A stretch of DNA of 64,000 nucleotides from an uncultured Clostridia bacterium (GTDB lineage Bacteria; Bacillota; Clostridia; TANB77; CAG-508). The translations under genes were made by a program, and so were the position numbers. Location: the NCBI GenBank assembly GCA_949482135.1, contig CASYFC010000010.1, forward strand, positions 4,264 to 68,263, in the 5' to 3' direction. Of the stretch, positions 31,774 to 41,628 are shown in pieces (the first letter of the stretch is position 1; each line of letters opens with the position of its first letter). Below the pieces are notes generated by a model. That model did no database searches. It worked only from the letters and a program-made list of their open reading frames with translations, and had not been told where the DNA came from.

Positions 31774-31802
31774 AATTATAAATAAAATTAGGAGGAATTA
31801 AA

Positions 31803-34493
31803 ATGGAAGAAAAATGGTTTTGTAAATCATTAAAAGAAACTGCCAAAATACTTGAAACAGACATTGAAAAAGGTTTATCTCAAGAAGAAGTAAACAAACG
31901 TTATGAAAAATATGGACATAATGAGTTAAAAGCAAAAGCTAAAAAATCATTGTTACTTAAATTTTTAGAACAATTTAAAGATTTTATGATTATTGTTTTA
32001 ATTGTTGCAGCAGTTGTCTCTGGTATTGTTGGAGTTCAACAAGGTGAAGGAATTGCTGATACAATTATTATTTTAATAGTAGTTGTTGTAAATGCTATTA
32101 TAGGAGTTGCTCAAGAAAATAAAGCTGAAAAATCTTTAGAGGCACTTCAAAAATTAAGTAGTCATGTGGCTAAAGTAATAAGAGATGGTAAATTAACTGT
32201 TGTACAATCAGCAGATTTAGTGCCAGGAGATATTATAGTATTAGATACTGGTGATTTTATTCCAGCAGATTTAAGAATTATTGAAGCTGTAAATTTAAAA
32301 TCTCAAGAATCAGCCTTAACAGGAGAGTCAGTTCCAGTAGAAAAAACAGCAGACACTATTGAAGATGAAAGTGTTGGAATTGGGGATAGAAAAAATATGT
32401 TATTTTCTTCTAGCTTAATAACTTATGGTAGAGGAAAAGGTATAGTTGTTGAAACAGCAATGAAAACAGAAGTTGGTAAAATTGCTGAGATGATAAGTGA
32501 GGTTGAAGATAGCGAAACACCACTTCAAAAGAAATTAAATGGATTAGGAAAAACTTTAGGAATTGTTGCATTGGTAATATGTGCAGTAATATTTGTAGTT
32601 GGATTACTTTATGGAAAAGCACCACTTACAATGTTTATGACAGCAGTATCACTTGCTGTTGCTGCAATACCAGAAGGTTTAGCAGCAGTATCTACAATAG
32701 TTCTTGCTATTGGTGTACAAAGAATGGTAAAAAGAAATGCTATTGTTAAAAAATTACCAGCTGTTGAAACTTTAGGTAGTGCATCAGTTATTTGTTCAGA
32801 TAAAACAGGAACATTAACGCAAAATAAAATGACAGTTAAGAAAATATTTACAAATGGGGAATTAGTAGATTTAGAAAAAATTACAGAGTTTAACGAAGAA
32901 AATACACTTTTATTCCAAGCAGAAATGCTTTGTAATGATACGAAAGTTGCAGAAGATGGAAGTTTAACAGGAGATCCAACAGAAACAGCTTTAATTGATA
33001 TGGGAAATAAAGTAGGATTTAAACTTGAAAATTACCCAAGAGTTGCAGAATTGCCTTTCGATTCAGATAGAAAATTAATGACAACAGTTCACAAAATAGG
33101 TGATAAATTTTACATTTTCACTAAAGGTGGAGTTGACGAATTACTTGCTTGTTGTAGTTCTTATCAGAAAAATGGAGAAGTATTGTCTGATTTAAGTAAT
33201 TATAAAGAAAGAATTCAAGAATGTAATAAAACAATGGCACAAAGTGCATTAAGAGTTTTATCAGCTGCTTATAAAGTGGTAAATCATCCTTTAACAGATG
33301 ATGATATGAAAAAATTAGAGTCTGGTTTAACATTTATTGGTATGGTTGGAATGATAGATCCACCAAGGGAAGAAGCAAAAGAAGCTGTAAAAAAATGTAT
33401 TTCAGCAGGTATAAAAACAGTTATGATTACAGGTGATCATAAAATTACAGCTACAGCGATTGCAAAAGAATTAGGAATTTTAAACGATGAAAAAGAAGCT
33501 ATAACAGGAGCAGAACTTGAAAATATGTCTGATGAAGAATTAAAGAAAAAAGTTAGAAATATTTCAGTTTATGCAAGAGTTTCTCCAGAACATAAAGTTC
33601 GTATAGTAAAAGCTTGGCAAGCAAATGGTGAAATAGTTGCTATGACAGGTGATGGTGTAAATGATGCACCAGCTTTAAAGAAAGCAGATATTGGTTGTGC
33701 AATGGGTGTTGTTGGTACAGATGTTGCTAAAGAAGCTGCAGATGTAATTTTGACTGATGATAATTTCGCAACAGTTGTTGCAGCCGTTGAAGAGGGAAGA
33801 AGAATATATACTAATATTTTAAAAGCAATAGCTTTCTTGTTATCAAGTAATGTTGGTGAAATTGTTGTGTTATTTTTGGCAATATTATTAACACCTATTT
33901 TTGCAAGTCAGTTTGGTATTACAGATGAATATATTAATGAGCTTAATATATTATTACCAGTACAACTTTTATGGATAAACTTAGTTACAGATTCACTTCC
34001 AGCATTAGCTTTAGCAGTAGATCCTGCTGAAAAAGGAATAATGAAAAGAAAACCTTTAAAAAATAAAGGAATATTTACTAAAGGAATGACATGGAGAATT
34101 ATTTATCAAGGAGTTATGATAGGACTTCTTACATTAGCTGCCTTTGTGCTAGGTTTAGCAACAGAAGGTGTATCTGTTTCAGAAAAAATTGCTATAGGTG
34201 AAACAATGGCCTTTACAGTTCTTGCACTTTCAGAACTTGTTCATGTATTTAATATTAGAAATAATAAAGAATCTGTATTTAAAACAAATCCATTTAATAA
34301 TGGAAAATTAATTTTAGCAATATTCGTATCAGCTACTTTAATGCTTACAGTACTATTAGTGCCATCTTTAAGAGATATTTTTGGTATTACAGTATTGCCA
34401 TTACACAAATTAGAAGAAACAATTCTTTTAGTATTTGCTCCTTTAGTTATTGTTGAAATATTTAAATTATTAAAAATAAATGGAAAAGACTAA
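31803..34493 (+). CDS. P-type IIA Ca2+/Mn2+-transporting ATPase
   Basis: TGES, IPEGL, DKTGTLT, TGDGVNDAPAL, WINLVTD. Confidence 0.96.
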   Translation: MEEKWFCKSLKETAKILETDIEKGLSQEEVNKRYEKYGHNELKAKAKKSLLLKFLEQFKDFMIIVLIVAAVVSGIVGVQQGEGIADTIIILIVVVVNAIIGVAQENKAEKSLEALQKLSSHVAKVIRDGKLTVVQSADLVPGDIIVLDTGDFIPADLRIIEAVNLKSQESALTGESVPVEKTADTIEDESVGIGDRKNMLFSSSLITYGRGKGIVVETAMKTEVGKIAEMISEVEDSETPLQKKLNGLGKTLGIVALVICAVIFVVGLLYGKAPLTMFMTAVSLAVAAIPEGLAAVSTIVLAIGVQRMVKRNAIVKKLPAVETLGSASVICSDKTGTLTQNKMTVKKIFTNGELVDLEKITEFNEENTLLFQAEMLCNDTKVAEDGSLTGDPTETALIDMGNKVGFKLENYPRVAELPFDSDRKLMTTVHKIGDKFYIFTKGGVDELLACCSSYQKNGEVLSDLSNYKERIQECNKTMAQSALRVLSAAYKVVNHPLTDDDMKKLESGLTFIGMVGMIDPPREEAKEAVKKCISAGIKTVMITGDHKITATAIAKELGILNDEKEAITGAELENMSDEELKKKVRNISVYARVSPEHKVRIVKAWQANGEIVAMTGDGVNDAPALKKADIGCAMGVVGTDVAKEAADVILTDDNFATVVAAVEEGRRIYTNILKAIAFLLSSNVGEIVVLFLAILLTPIFASQFGITDEYINELNILLPVQLLWINLVTDSLPALALAVDPAEKGIMKRKPLKNKGIFTKGMTWRIIYQGVMIGLLTLAAFVLGLATEGVSVSEKIAIGETMAFTVLALSELVHVFNIRNNKESVFKTNPFNNGKLILAIFVSATLMLTVLLVPSLRDIFGITVLPLHKLEETILLVFAPLVIVEIFKLLKINGKD

Positions 34494-34501
34494 TTATTAA
34501 G

Positions 34502-34546
34502 AACAGAGCCTGTAAAAACTAAAAGTTTAACAGGCTCTGTTTTTTT
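34502..34546 (+). terminator. Intrinsic terminator
   Basis: AACAGAGCCTGT..ACAGGCTCTGTT plus T-run. Confidence 0.85.
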
Positions 34547-34625
34547 ATCTTATCTTAAAATTTGATTAAAGTATTGAATTTTCGACAAAATAATATATAA
34601 TAATATTGTTAGGAGAAAATGAGAT

Positions 34626-35633
34626 ATGCTATATGGAATGGAAGAATTCGATGATGAATTTGGTCTTATCCAAAAAGAGACCTTGAATGTGAAAAAAGTA
34701 AGTTTTGTAATAGCTATAATTGTTTTACTTATTATAGTATTTTCTTGTTTTATATTTTCTAAAGTTTCTAAAAATAAGGAAAATAATGTTTCTCAAGGTA
34801 CAGTACCAAATTATCAAGAACAATTAAATAATGAAGTTAATAATGAACAATTAGCACAGCTACCAAATGAAGATGTACAAGTAGATAAAATAACTAATGT
34901 TAATGCTGTCCAAGAATATAATGGAGATCATAAACAAATTGCTGAACATAGTATAGAATTAAATATACTTCCTGTTGCTAATGTAGAAGGACATAAATTA
35001 ATAAAAGATATATATTATTCTGAAGAAAAACAAGTTTATTTAACCTTTGATGATGGACCTTCTAAAGATATAACACCACAAATCTTAGATATATTAAAAG
35101 AAAATGATGTTAAAGCCACTTTTTTTGTTTTGGGAGCAAGAGTAGATTTATATCCAGAAACTCTAAAAAGAGAATATAACGAAGGTCATTATATAGCAAA
35201 TCATGGTTATTCTCATGAATATTCACGAATATATCAAAATAAAGATACAGTTTATGATGAATTTAATCAATGTGAAGTTTCAATAAAAAATGCTTTAGGA
35301 AAACAAGAGTATAAATCATATTTATTTAGATTTCCAGGAGGCTCGCGAGGAGGTCGTTACGAAAAAGTAAAGGCAGAAGCAAGGCAATTACTTGAAGAAT
35401 ATGGTGTGGCATATACAAATTGGAACTGTCTAACAGGAGATGCAGCAGGTAAAAAAACTAAAGATGCATGTATACAAGAAATGTTAGAATCTAAAGGAAA
35501 TCAAAATAGTGTAGTATTACTTATGCATGATGCTAACGACAAATCTCAAACAGTAGAAGCTCTTCCAGAAATAATTCAATATTATAAAAACGAAGGTTAT
35601 ACTTTTAAAAATTTTTATGAAATATTTAAATAA
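34626..35633 (+). CDS. Membrane-anchored polysaccharide (peptidoglycan) deacetylase, CE4
   Basis: LTFDDGP, NHGYSH, FRFPGG, LLMHD. Confidence 0.94.
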   Translation: MLYGMEEFDDEFGLIQKETLNVKKVSFVIAIIVLLIIVFSCFIFSKVSKNKENNVSQGTVPNYQEQLNNEVNNEQLAQLPNEDVQVDKITNVNAVQEYNGDHKQIAEHSIELNILPVANVEGHKLIKDIYYSEEKQVYLTFDDGPSKDITPQILDILKENDVKATFFVLGARVDLYPETLKREYNEGHYIANHGYSHEYSRIYQNKDTVYDEFNQCEVSIKNALGKQEYKSYLFRFPGGSRGGRYEKVKAEARQLLEEYGVAYTNWNCLTGDAAGKKTKDACIQEMLESKGNQNSVVLLMHDANDKSQTVEALPEIIQYYKNEGYTFKNFYEIFK

Positions 35634-35847
35634 TATAAAATACAATAAAACTACAGTTGGTTTATACTAATTGTAGTTTTTTATTAGCAATTGTAAAAAA
35701 TTAATAATGTTAAAATGAAAACTTTGCTTTTTTATGTAAAGTATGTTATAATATCATCATATTTTTTATAAATCCCTCGAAACACCCGCTTTAGGTGTTT
35801 ATATAGTAATAATGTAACTGAAAATTTATCAACAAATTTAGGAGGGC

Positions 35848-36615
35848 ATGAATATGCTTAAAAGTATTAAAACTCTGGAGGAACTGATGAACGAGGCAAT
35901 CAAAATCAAAAATAAAGAAAAAGTGATTGTTTTTTGGCCACACTTTAACAAACATCAGGAGCAGGCGTACACATTAGCTGATGATTATTTCATAAGTGAA
36001 CGGACTTATAACACTAACAATGGCGTAATAGCATTTTATATGCAGAACGCCTTGTATGTTATTCCATACTTTAATGAAATTACCAAAATTTTAGAAGAAG
36101 AAGGATTTGAACAAAGTGATATGTTTGTTCCATTTTCTAACCGTGAGTACCCCATTGAATACAAGGAAAAATGGGAAGCTCTGATGGTAGAAGCTCATGT
36201 ACTGCAGGAAGAAAGCTACCAGCAGGAATGCCTGGAATATTCAGCAATGTTAGGTGTATCTCCAATAGATCCGGAACTTTTGAGTCAGAAATGTATGATA
36301 GTTCCTGGTGAAGGGATACTTGTAAATCATCCAGATAAAGAGCCTGAAAGAAAATTCCCTGTTGTTTGTGGATATTGCTGTGATAATATGACTTTGGAAT
36401 ACCTGGGGAGATACTTTGTAAATGTCAAGAATGGCATTATCACATTTGTGAATGCAGATGGCAAACAGTATATTACCAGAAGTGAAGAGGTTCACAGACA
36501 ACTGTTTGACAAAGGATATCGATTCACTAGCCGGTTTGAAGAGATTTTTAAAGAAGATGAAGAACCAGCAGAGGATGAGTTTGCGGAACTCTGGAATAAA
36601 CTTACAATAGCATAA
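35848..36615 (+). CDS. Hypothetical protein with internal duplicated domain
   Basis: NG(V/I)I(A/T)F..Y..L...G(F/Y) segment occurs twice; own promoter 35724-35752 and terminator 36648-36682. Confidence 0.7.
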   Translation: MNMLKSIKTLEELMNEAIKIKNKEKVIVFWPHFNKHQEQAYTLADDYFISERTYNTNNGVIAFYMQNALYVIPYFNEITKILEEEGFEQSDMFVPFSNREYPIEYKEKWEALMVEAHVLQEESYQQECLEYSAMLGVSPIDPELLSQKCMIVPGEGILVNHPDKEPERKFPVVCGYCCDNMTLEYLGRYFVNVKNGIITFVNADGKQYITRSEEVHRQLFDKGYRFTSRFEEIFKEDEEPAEDEFAELWNKLTIA

Positions 36616-36776
36616 TTCAAAACTGAATAACGACTGGAAATTCAGAGAAAACGGGTTGAGCAAGTAGAGCTTAACCCGTTTTTACATATTAAAATAATAA
36701 ATAAATTTATACATATCTATTGACAAAACAAATATATTTGTGCTAAGATATTTATTGTTGATGAAACAACAAGTAT

Positions 36777-36859
36777 GCGGATGTGGCGGAACTGGCAGAC
36801 GCGCTAGACTTAGGATCTAGTGGGAGACCGTGGGGGTTCAAGTCCTCTCATCCGCACCA
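36777..36859 (+). tRNA. tRNA-Leu (anticodon TAG)
   Basis: GCGGATG/CATCCGC acceptor stem, CTAGA-CTTAGGA-TCTAG anticodon arm, long variable arm, TTCAA T-loop, encoded CCA. Confidence 0.97.
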
Positions 36860-37005
36860 AAAACAGCTGAATTTAAACCAAATTCAGCTGTTTTCATTTT
36901 TATTCAAAAGTATTGGCAAGTACTGATATAACTATATTATAGGTTCTTTTCATTATTCAACCTATTTTCAAAATTATTTAAAATTATTCATTGTTTTTTC
37001 ACTTC

Positions 37006-37045
37006 TGCACACAATATGCACACAGAATTGCACACATTGCACACA
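37006..37045. repeat. Four TGCACACA repeats, putative integrase arm-type sites (left)
   Basis: Copies at 37006, 37017, 37029 and 37038. Confidence 0.75.
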
Positions 37046-37090
37046 AAAATAAGGCTGTAAAAACAGCCTTATTTTAAATGATTTATATAA

Positions 37091-37399
37091 TTATCTTTCT
37101 TCTTCAAAATCATTTAATATTTGCTTTGTTAATTCTTCAATTTCTTCGTTAATTATATATATCCAGTTGTCAGAGTATTCCGACAACAGCTTTTGTTGTT
37201 TTGGTGTTAGTTGTTCGTTTAAGTCATTAAACATTTTCTGTTCTTCCTTAAATAGTGTATCTAGTTCAGTATTATCTCTTTGCAAATACTCTATAATATC
37301 GTCAACTCTGTATATGTAATATTTTTTCTTAAAATCAGTATATGTTTCCAAAGTTTCTTCTTTTGTTTCAAGTTTTTGTTTTATTTCATTTAAACTCAT
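37091..37399 (-). CDS. Hypothetical protein (element cargo)
   Basis: 102-aa acidic helical ORF downstream of mob; terminator 37046-37075. Confidence 0.65.
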   Translation of the reverse strand: MSLNEIKQKLETKEETLETYTDFKKKYYIYRVDDIIEYLQRDNTELDTLFKEEQKMFNDLNEQLTPKQQKLLSEYSDNWIYIINEEIEELTKQILNDFEEER

Positions 37400-37466
37400 T
37401 ATTTACCATCTTTCAATTATTTTTCCTTATTTAAGCCATATATAAAAGAACCATATATAAAAGAAT

Positions 37467-38402
37467 TTACAGCCTTTTTAATCTTTCTTTTGAAAAATCA
37501 AATAATAAACTAACATACTCGAAAGTTTTATCAATATAATCTCTTAATGTTAAAACTTCTTTTTTCAATTTTTCGTTTTCTTGCTTTAAAGTATAATTTT
37601 CTTCTTGTACCTGTTCAGTTTTATACATTGTTTCTTCAACAATATTCTTAATTCTAGTATATCTTTTGGCAAGAGTATTAAACTTGTTTATTATTCTTTT
37701 ATAATCATTTCTTATAACATCAATATTATCGGTTATTTTCTCTTGTTCTAAACTGTTTGTATCTTTAAACATTTCTTGCATTTCAAAATTAGTAATCTTT
37801 TTTAATTTTTCTATTGGTATATGCTCATTATTTTTGGCATTTCCTCGTTCTAAATCAAAACCATTTTCAGTTACATATTTATAAAATCTATCTTGCAAAA
37901 TTCTATAACTTTCTTTACCTTTCCAAAACTCACTACAAGCTATTTTATTTATTTCTTTTCCTTTTTTATTTGTTGTATGAACTACTGGTATAAATACAAT
38001 ATGAAGATGTGGGGTAGTTTCGTCATTATGGACTTTTGCAGATACTATAAATTCTTCTCCTAAATTATTGTAATTAACAACAAAGTCATAAGCTAACTTG
38101 AAATATCGTTTTGTTTCTTGCTCTCCAATTCTTTCAAAAAAATCTTTGTCAGATGTAATAATCAATTCACACATTACATTACTAACTTTCTTTATTTGAC
38201 CTTTTAATTTGTATTTTTCTTTTATAAGATTAAAGGCTTTTTGATAGGATGTATTTATAGTTTTAAGAGAATAGTTTTTAATAGAATTACTTTTATTTAT
38301 ATCTTTATTAGAATAGTTAGTATTTTTTCTTTCATTGTGCCTATAAATATATGGTAGTTGTCCCATTTTATAGTTTTCATTTCTTATTATTGCATAACTC
38401 AC
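37467..38402 (-). CDS. MOBV (Mob/Pre) relaxase
   Basis: MSYAIIR, HNER, N.DI, HNDETTPHLH HUH motif, C-terminal coiled coil. Confidence 0.93.
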   Translation of the reverse strand: MSYAIIRNENYKMGQLPYIYRHNERKNTNYSNKDINKSNSIKNYSLKTINTSYQKAFNLIKEKYKLKGQIKKVSNVMCELIITSDKDFFERIGEQETKRYFKLAYDFVVNYNNLGEEFIVSAKVHNDETTPHLHIVFIPVVHTTNKKGKEINKIACSEFWKGKESYRILQDRFYKYVTENGFDLERGNAKNNEHIPIEKLKKITNFEMQEMFKDTNSLEQEKITDNIDVIRNDYKRIINKFNTLAKRYTRIKNIVEETMYKTEQVQEENYTLKQENEKLKKEVLTLRDYIDKTFEYVSLLFDFSKERLKRL

Positions 38403-38483
38403 ATTTTAAAATCTCCTTTTTATTTTTTAGGGGAAATCTTCGTAAGCTCTTACTTATGTTCTAATACTTTACAAGCCAGCTGA

Positions 38484-38527
38484 TATAACACAACTAAAAA
38501 GTGTTAGAACATACTAGAACACTTTTT
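38484..38527 (-). promoter_or_regulatory. Putative MOBV oriT
   Basis: Minus strand inverted repeat AAAAAGTGTT..AACACTTTTT followed by AGTTGTGTTATA, resembling the pMV158-family GTGTG/TTATA nick region; just upstream of mob. Confidence 0.65.
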
Positions 38528-38755
38528 ATACGCTATCGCTAAAAGTGTTCTGTATGATTAAGGGCAAGCCCCTAATAACCCCTTACAAGATTATTTGAAA
38601 TTATTTATTGTATTCATTTGAATATCAATAAATAATGTAATTATACTAATTACTATTTCAATAATCTTGTTATTTGGGAAACCTCTGTCGATTTCCCAAA
38701 CCTTTCCACTTCATTTGTGAAATCAATTAAATAAAATTTAATCAATTTCACAAAT

Positions 38756-39022
38756 TTATCTTTCGTGTTCTGCATAAAAGTTAGTATTTTTTCCTTTGCA
38801 AATTCCGTCTATATATGCTTCAACTTCGTTCCAAGTTTTAAAGCAATGCTTATCGTCAACAGAGTACCAGTCTTTATTGCTATATTTTTTATCTACAATA
38901 GCAACAGCTTTATTATATGTATAGTCATTAGAGATTTTTAAAAGTAATAATTTCTTGTCGCTATTTTCTAGCATATATTCATTTAAGCCGTTAATTCTTT
39001 TTTGTATATCTATTTTGCTCAT
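38756..39022 (-). CDS. Hypothetical protein (element)
   Basis: 88-aa ORF overlapping integrase stop (ATGA). Confidence 0.65.
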   Translation of the reverse strand: MSKIDIQKRINGLNEYMLENSDKKLLLLKISNDYTYNKAVAIVDKKYSNKDWYSVDDKHCFKTWNEVEAYIDGICKGKNTNFYAEHER

Positions 39023-40377
39023 CTTTCAATTTCTCCTTTTTCAATTTTTTCTTCAATTTGATTTAATTCTTTCTCTAATTCGTCTAAAAATTTCGTGTAT
39101 GAATTATATTCTTCAATAGGAATAGACCACATTTCAGCCCAATCTTCTATTGATTTTCTTAAATTTAACATTATCTCATTACTATCTTCAATACCAGTAA
39201 TTTCAGGTAAAATTTTTTGGCTATTTGGGTTGATAATATCGTTATTCATATAGTAATCATTAACTTTTTCTAATTCACTTTCTTTATACTTATTGAAAAC
39301 AGAAGTATAGGTATTTAATGTAACAGATACATCAGTATGTCCCATAAGTCTTTGAAGTGCAACGGCTCGCATACCAGCCTCAACACATCTTGTGCCGTAT
39401 GTATGTCTTAAGCTATGAGAACTTATATTTTCTATACCTAGTCTTTTTAATAAGGCTTTTAATTTATCATTAGCAGTAGTTGGTCTAACATAATTGCCGT
39501 TAGTATCTAAAAATAATTGCTTATCTTTATTGTTTTCAGCTAATTTCATTTGATTTATTATGTCATTTCTTATAAATGAGGGAATAGGTACTTCTCTAAT
39601 TCCTGCATAAGTCTTTGTTGCTTTTCCCATTATAACTTTATTGTCTTTATCTCGTGTTAAAGTCTTATTTACTAATAATAAATTTTTTTGTAAGTTTATA
39701 TCTGTACTTTTTAAAGCTAATACTTCACCAATACGCAAGCCTAAATACATTTGTATTAAATAAGCTACTTTATAAGGCTCTTGTGAAATGGGAATACTTG
39801 TTAGATAATCTGTTAATGCTTGTTGTTCTTCAATTTCTAATGCTCTAACAACTTTCTTGTCTTTTGTACTTTTTGGCTTTACAACATCACACATAGGGTT
39901 TCTAAAAAGATACCCTCTATTTACAGCAAGTTCAAAGGCTTGTGAGAATTGTTCTGCTATTTTTTTTATTGTAGAAGTACTGTAATCTTTTAAAGCATTA
40001 AAGTAATTTTGAATATCATTGCTTGTTATATCTATAATGTTTTCTCTTGTTACAGGTGCTTTTTCAATTTGTTTAATAGTTTTTAATATACGACCATAAG
40101 TTCTTTCACCAATTAAATTTAATTCTAATTTTTTATCAGCATTTTCCCTCATAAGTTGGTTTAGAGGGATACCATTATTTTTTATAAATAAATTATTTCC
40201 TTTTTGAAATTGAATACTTGTTAAAAAATCTTGTGCTTCTTTTTCTGTTGGAAAAGATTTAGTTTTTCTAATTTCTTGTCCGCTAGTAATTTCATAAGCA
40301 TAATATATACATCTCCAATTTTTCCTTGTATTATCAAAATAAATGCTTCCAGTTTTTATTTTTTTATCTTTTTCTAT
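39019..40377 (-). CDS. Tyrosine recombinase/integrase (start uncertain: ATA 40377 or TTG 40413)
   Basis: GLRIGE, K, HSLRHTY, LMGH, TLNTY catalytic residues; N-terminal arm-binding-like region. Confidence 0.95.
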   Translation of the reverse strand: MEKDKKIKTGSIYFDNTRKNWRCIYYAYEITSGQEIRKTKSFPTEKEAQDFLTSIQFQKGNNLFIKNNGIPLNQLMRENADKKLELNLIGERTYGRILKTIKQIEKAPVTRENIIDITSNDIQNYFNALKDYSTSTIKKIAEQFSQAFELAVNRGYLFRNPMCDVVKPKSTKDKKVVRALEIEEQQALTDYLTSIPISQEPYKVAYLIQMYLGLRIGEVLALKSTDINLQKNLLLVNKTLTRDKDNKVIMGKATKTYAGIREVPIPSFIRNDIINQMKLAENNKDKQLFLDTNGNYVRPTTANDKLKALLKRLGIENISSHSLRHTYGTRCVEAGMRAVALQRLMGHTDVSVTLNTYTSVFNKYKESELEKVNDYYMNNDIINPNSQKILPEITGIEDSNEIMLNLRKSIEDWAEMWSIPIEEYNSYTKFLDELEKELNQIEEKIEKGEIER

Positions 40378-40388
40378 AATAAATACCT

Positions 40389-40694
40389 CTAAACACGCTT
40401 GCTCATTTTCCAAATAAGATAGGAAAGAAGCATTACTTGATTAGATTTGCCAATATTTATTGAGGGAAAATCATTTCTTTTAAATGTTCTATAAGCTATT
40501 GTTTCACAAATATTCAAATCTCGCATAATATCTTTTACACTTAACATTTTAAAAGGGTTTTTTATTCTTTTTATACTTTGTATAGCCATAAGTTGTTCAG
40601 GGGTTAATGGTGCTGATAAATTTATATTTATTTTCTTTTCTTCTGTATCAATTTCATTTGCAACTTTCGTTGATATATTATCTATTTCGTTCAT
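40389..40694 (-). CDS. Excisionase-like HTH protein
   Basis: MLSVKDIMRDLNICETIAY..F..DFPSINIG; directly upstream of integrase. Confidence 0.75.
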   Translation of the reverse strand: MNEIDNISTKVANEIDTEEKKININLSAPLTPEQLMAIQSIKRIKNPFKMLSVKDIMRDLNICETIAYRTFKRNDFPSINIGKSNQVMLLSYLIWKMSKRV

Positions 40695-40707
40695 TTTATA
40701 AACTCCT

Positions 40708-41250
40708 TTAATTTGAATTATCTTTTATAAATTTCAAAATAATACTTTGTATTCCTAAAATCATTTTTAAAGTTTCGTTTGTTTCAAAACACTCATTATT
40801 ATCAATGGTAGGAGAAACAATATCATTTTCTCCAATTCCTTTTTCTATAATGAGTTTGCCTTTGCTTTTTAAAGAATTTTGTTTAGAGTTTGGAATATAT
40901 CTGCCTTTTTCGTCAAAATTGTCATAGTTGAAACTAGCTCTTTTCAAAAATTCTCTATACTTAATGGCTTGTTCTTTTGTTAATGATTTAAAGTTCTCGT
41001 TTTCTCTACAAATTATAACTACATCTCCTCGTATAGAAGAACCAATACTTAAAAATTCTGTATTGATATAAATATTAGGTTTTAAATGTTCTCTGTTTTT
41101 TCGTGCTATTATTGTTATATCTTCATAGGGTATATAGTCTAGCTCGCCACCTATTAAATCTTCAAAGGTCTTTTGTTCGTTTTTAATCTTCCTAAACTCT
41201 GCATCTGTGCCAACTTTTTTATAAATGATTATAATTTCTTTATTAGTCAT
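40708..41250 (-). CDS. Hypothetical protein, DUF3846-like N-terminus
   Basis: I.NE...FEDLIGGELD..PN..IRGDVVI..FKSL..EQ pattern. Confidence 0.6.
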   Translation of the reverse strand: MTNKEIIIIYKKVGTDAEFRKIKNEQKTFEDLIGGELDYIPYEDITIIARKNREHLKPNIYINTEFLSIGSSIRGDVVIICRENENFKSLTKEQAIKYREFLKRASFNYDNFDEKGRYIPNSKQNSLKSKGKLIIEKGIGENDIVSPTIDNNECFETNETLKMILGIQSIILKFIKDNSN

Positions 41251-41419
41251 ATAAATCACTACTTTCGTTGTTCAAGTTTGCTAGATACTGTTGATATGAT
41301 AGGTTGTCAAAGTATTTTTGATTTTTGCTATCGTCTAAACTAATTACATTTTCTGTAAATAGGTTGTCCTTAATTTTAGTTAGTTTTTCTTTGGTAACAG
41401 GCTTTGAAATTTTTTTCAT
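41243..41419 (-). CDS. 58-aa hypothetical protein (not in ORF track)
   Basis: AAGGAG RBS; MKKISKPVTKEKLTKIKDNLF...DLYD*; overlaps next ATG. Confidence 0.6.
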   Translation of the reverse strand: MKKISKPVTKEKLTKIKDNLFTENVISLDDSKNQKYFDNLSYQQYLANLNNESSDLYD

Positions 41420-41628
41420 TTTGAAATCTCCTTTTTAAAATTAGATTTCCAGAAATCTTTTCTCGTTCGAACAATTTAAGTTTAGCACGGAAGAAGTCTA
41501 TAAAATCATTTTGCCTAGTTATGTGTAAAAATGCGTAGGAAAGCATAGGAATTTATAAAAAAAGACACAAAAATAAGACCTAGCTAATAATCAAAATTTA
41601 CTAGCAAGTCTTATTTTGTGTTTTAGAA

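Noticed and set aside
37091-39022. Element proteins ending in -ER as a secretion signal
   Set aside because: Some endings coincide with purine-rich RBS overlap with the next gene; too little evidence on its own
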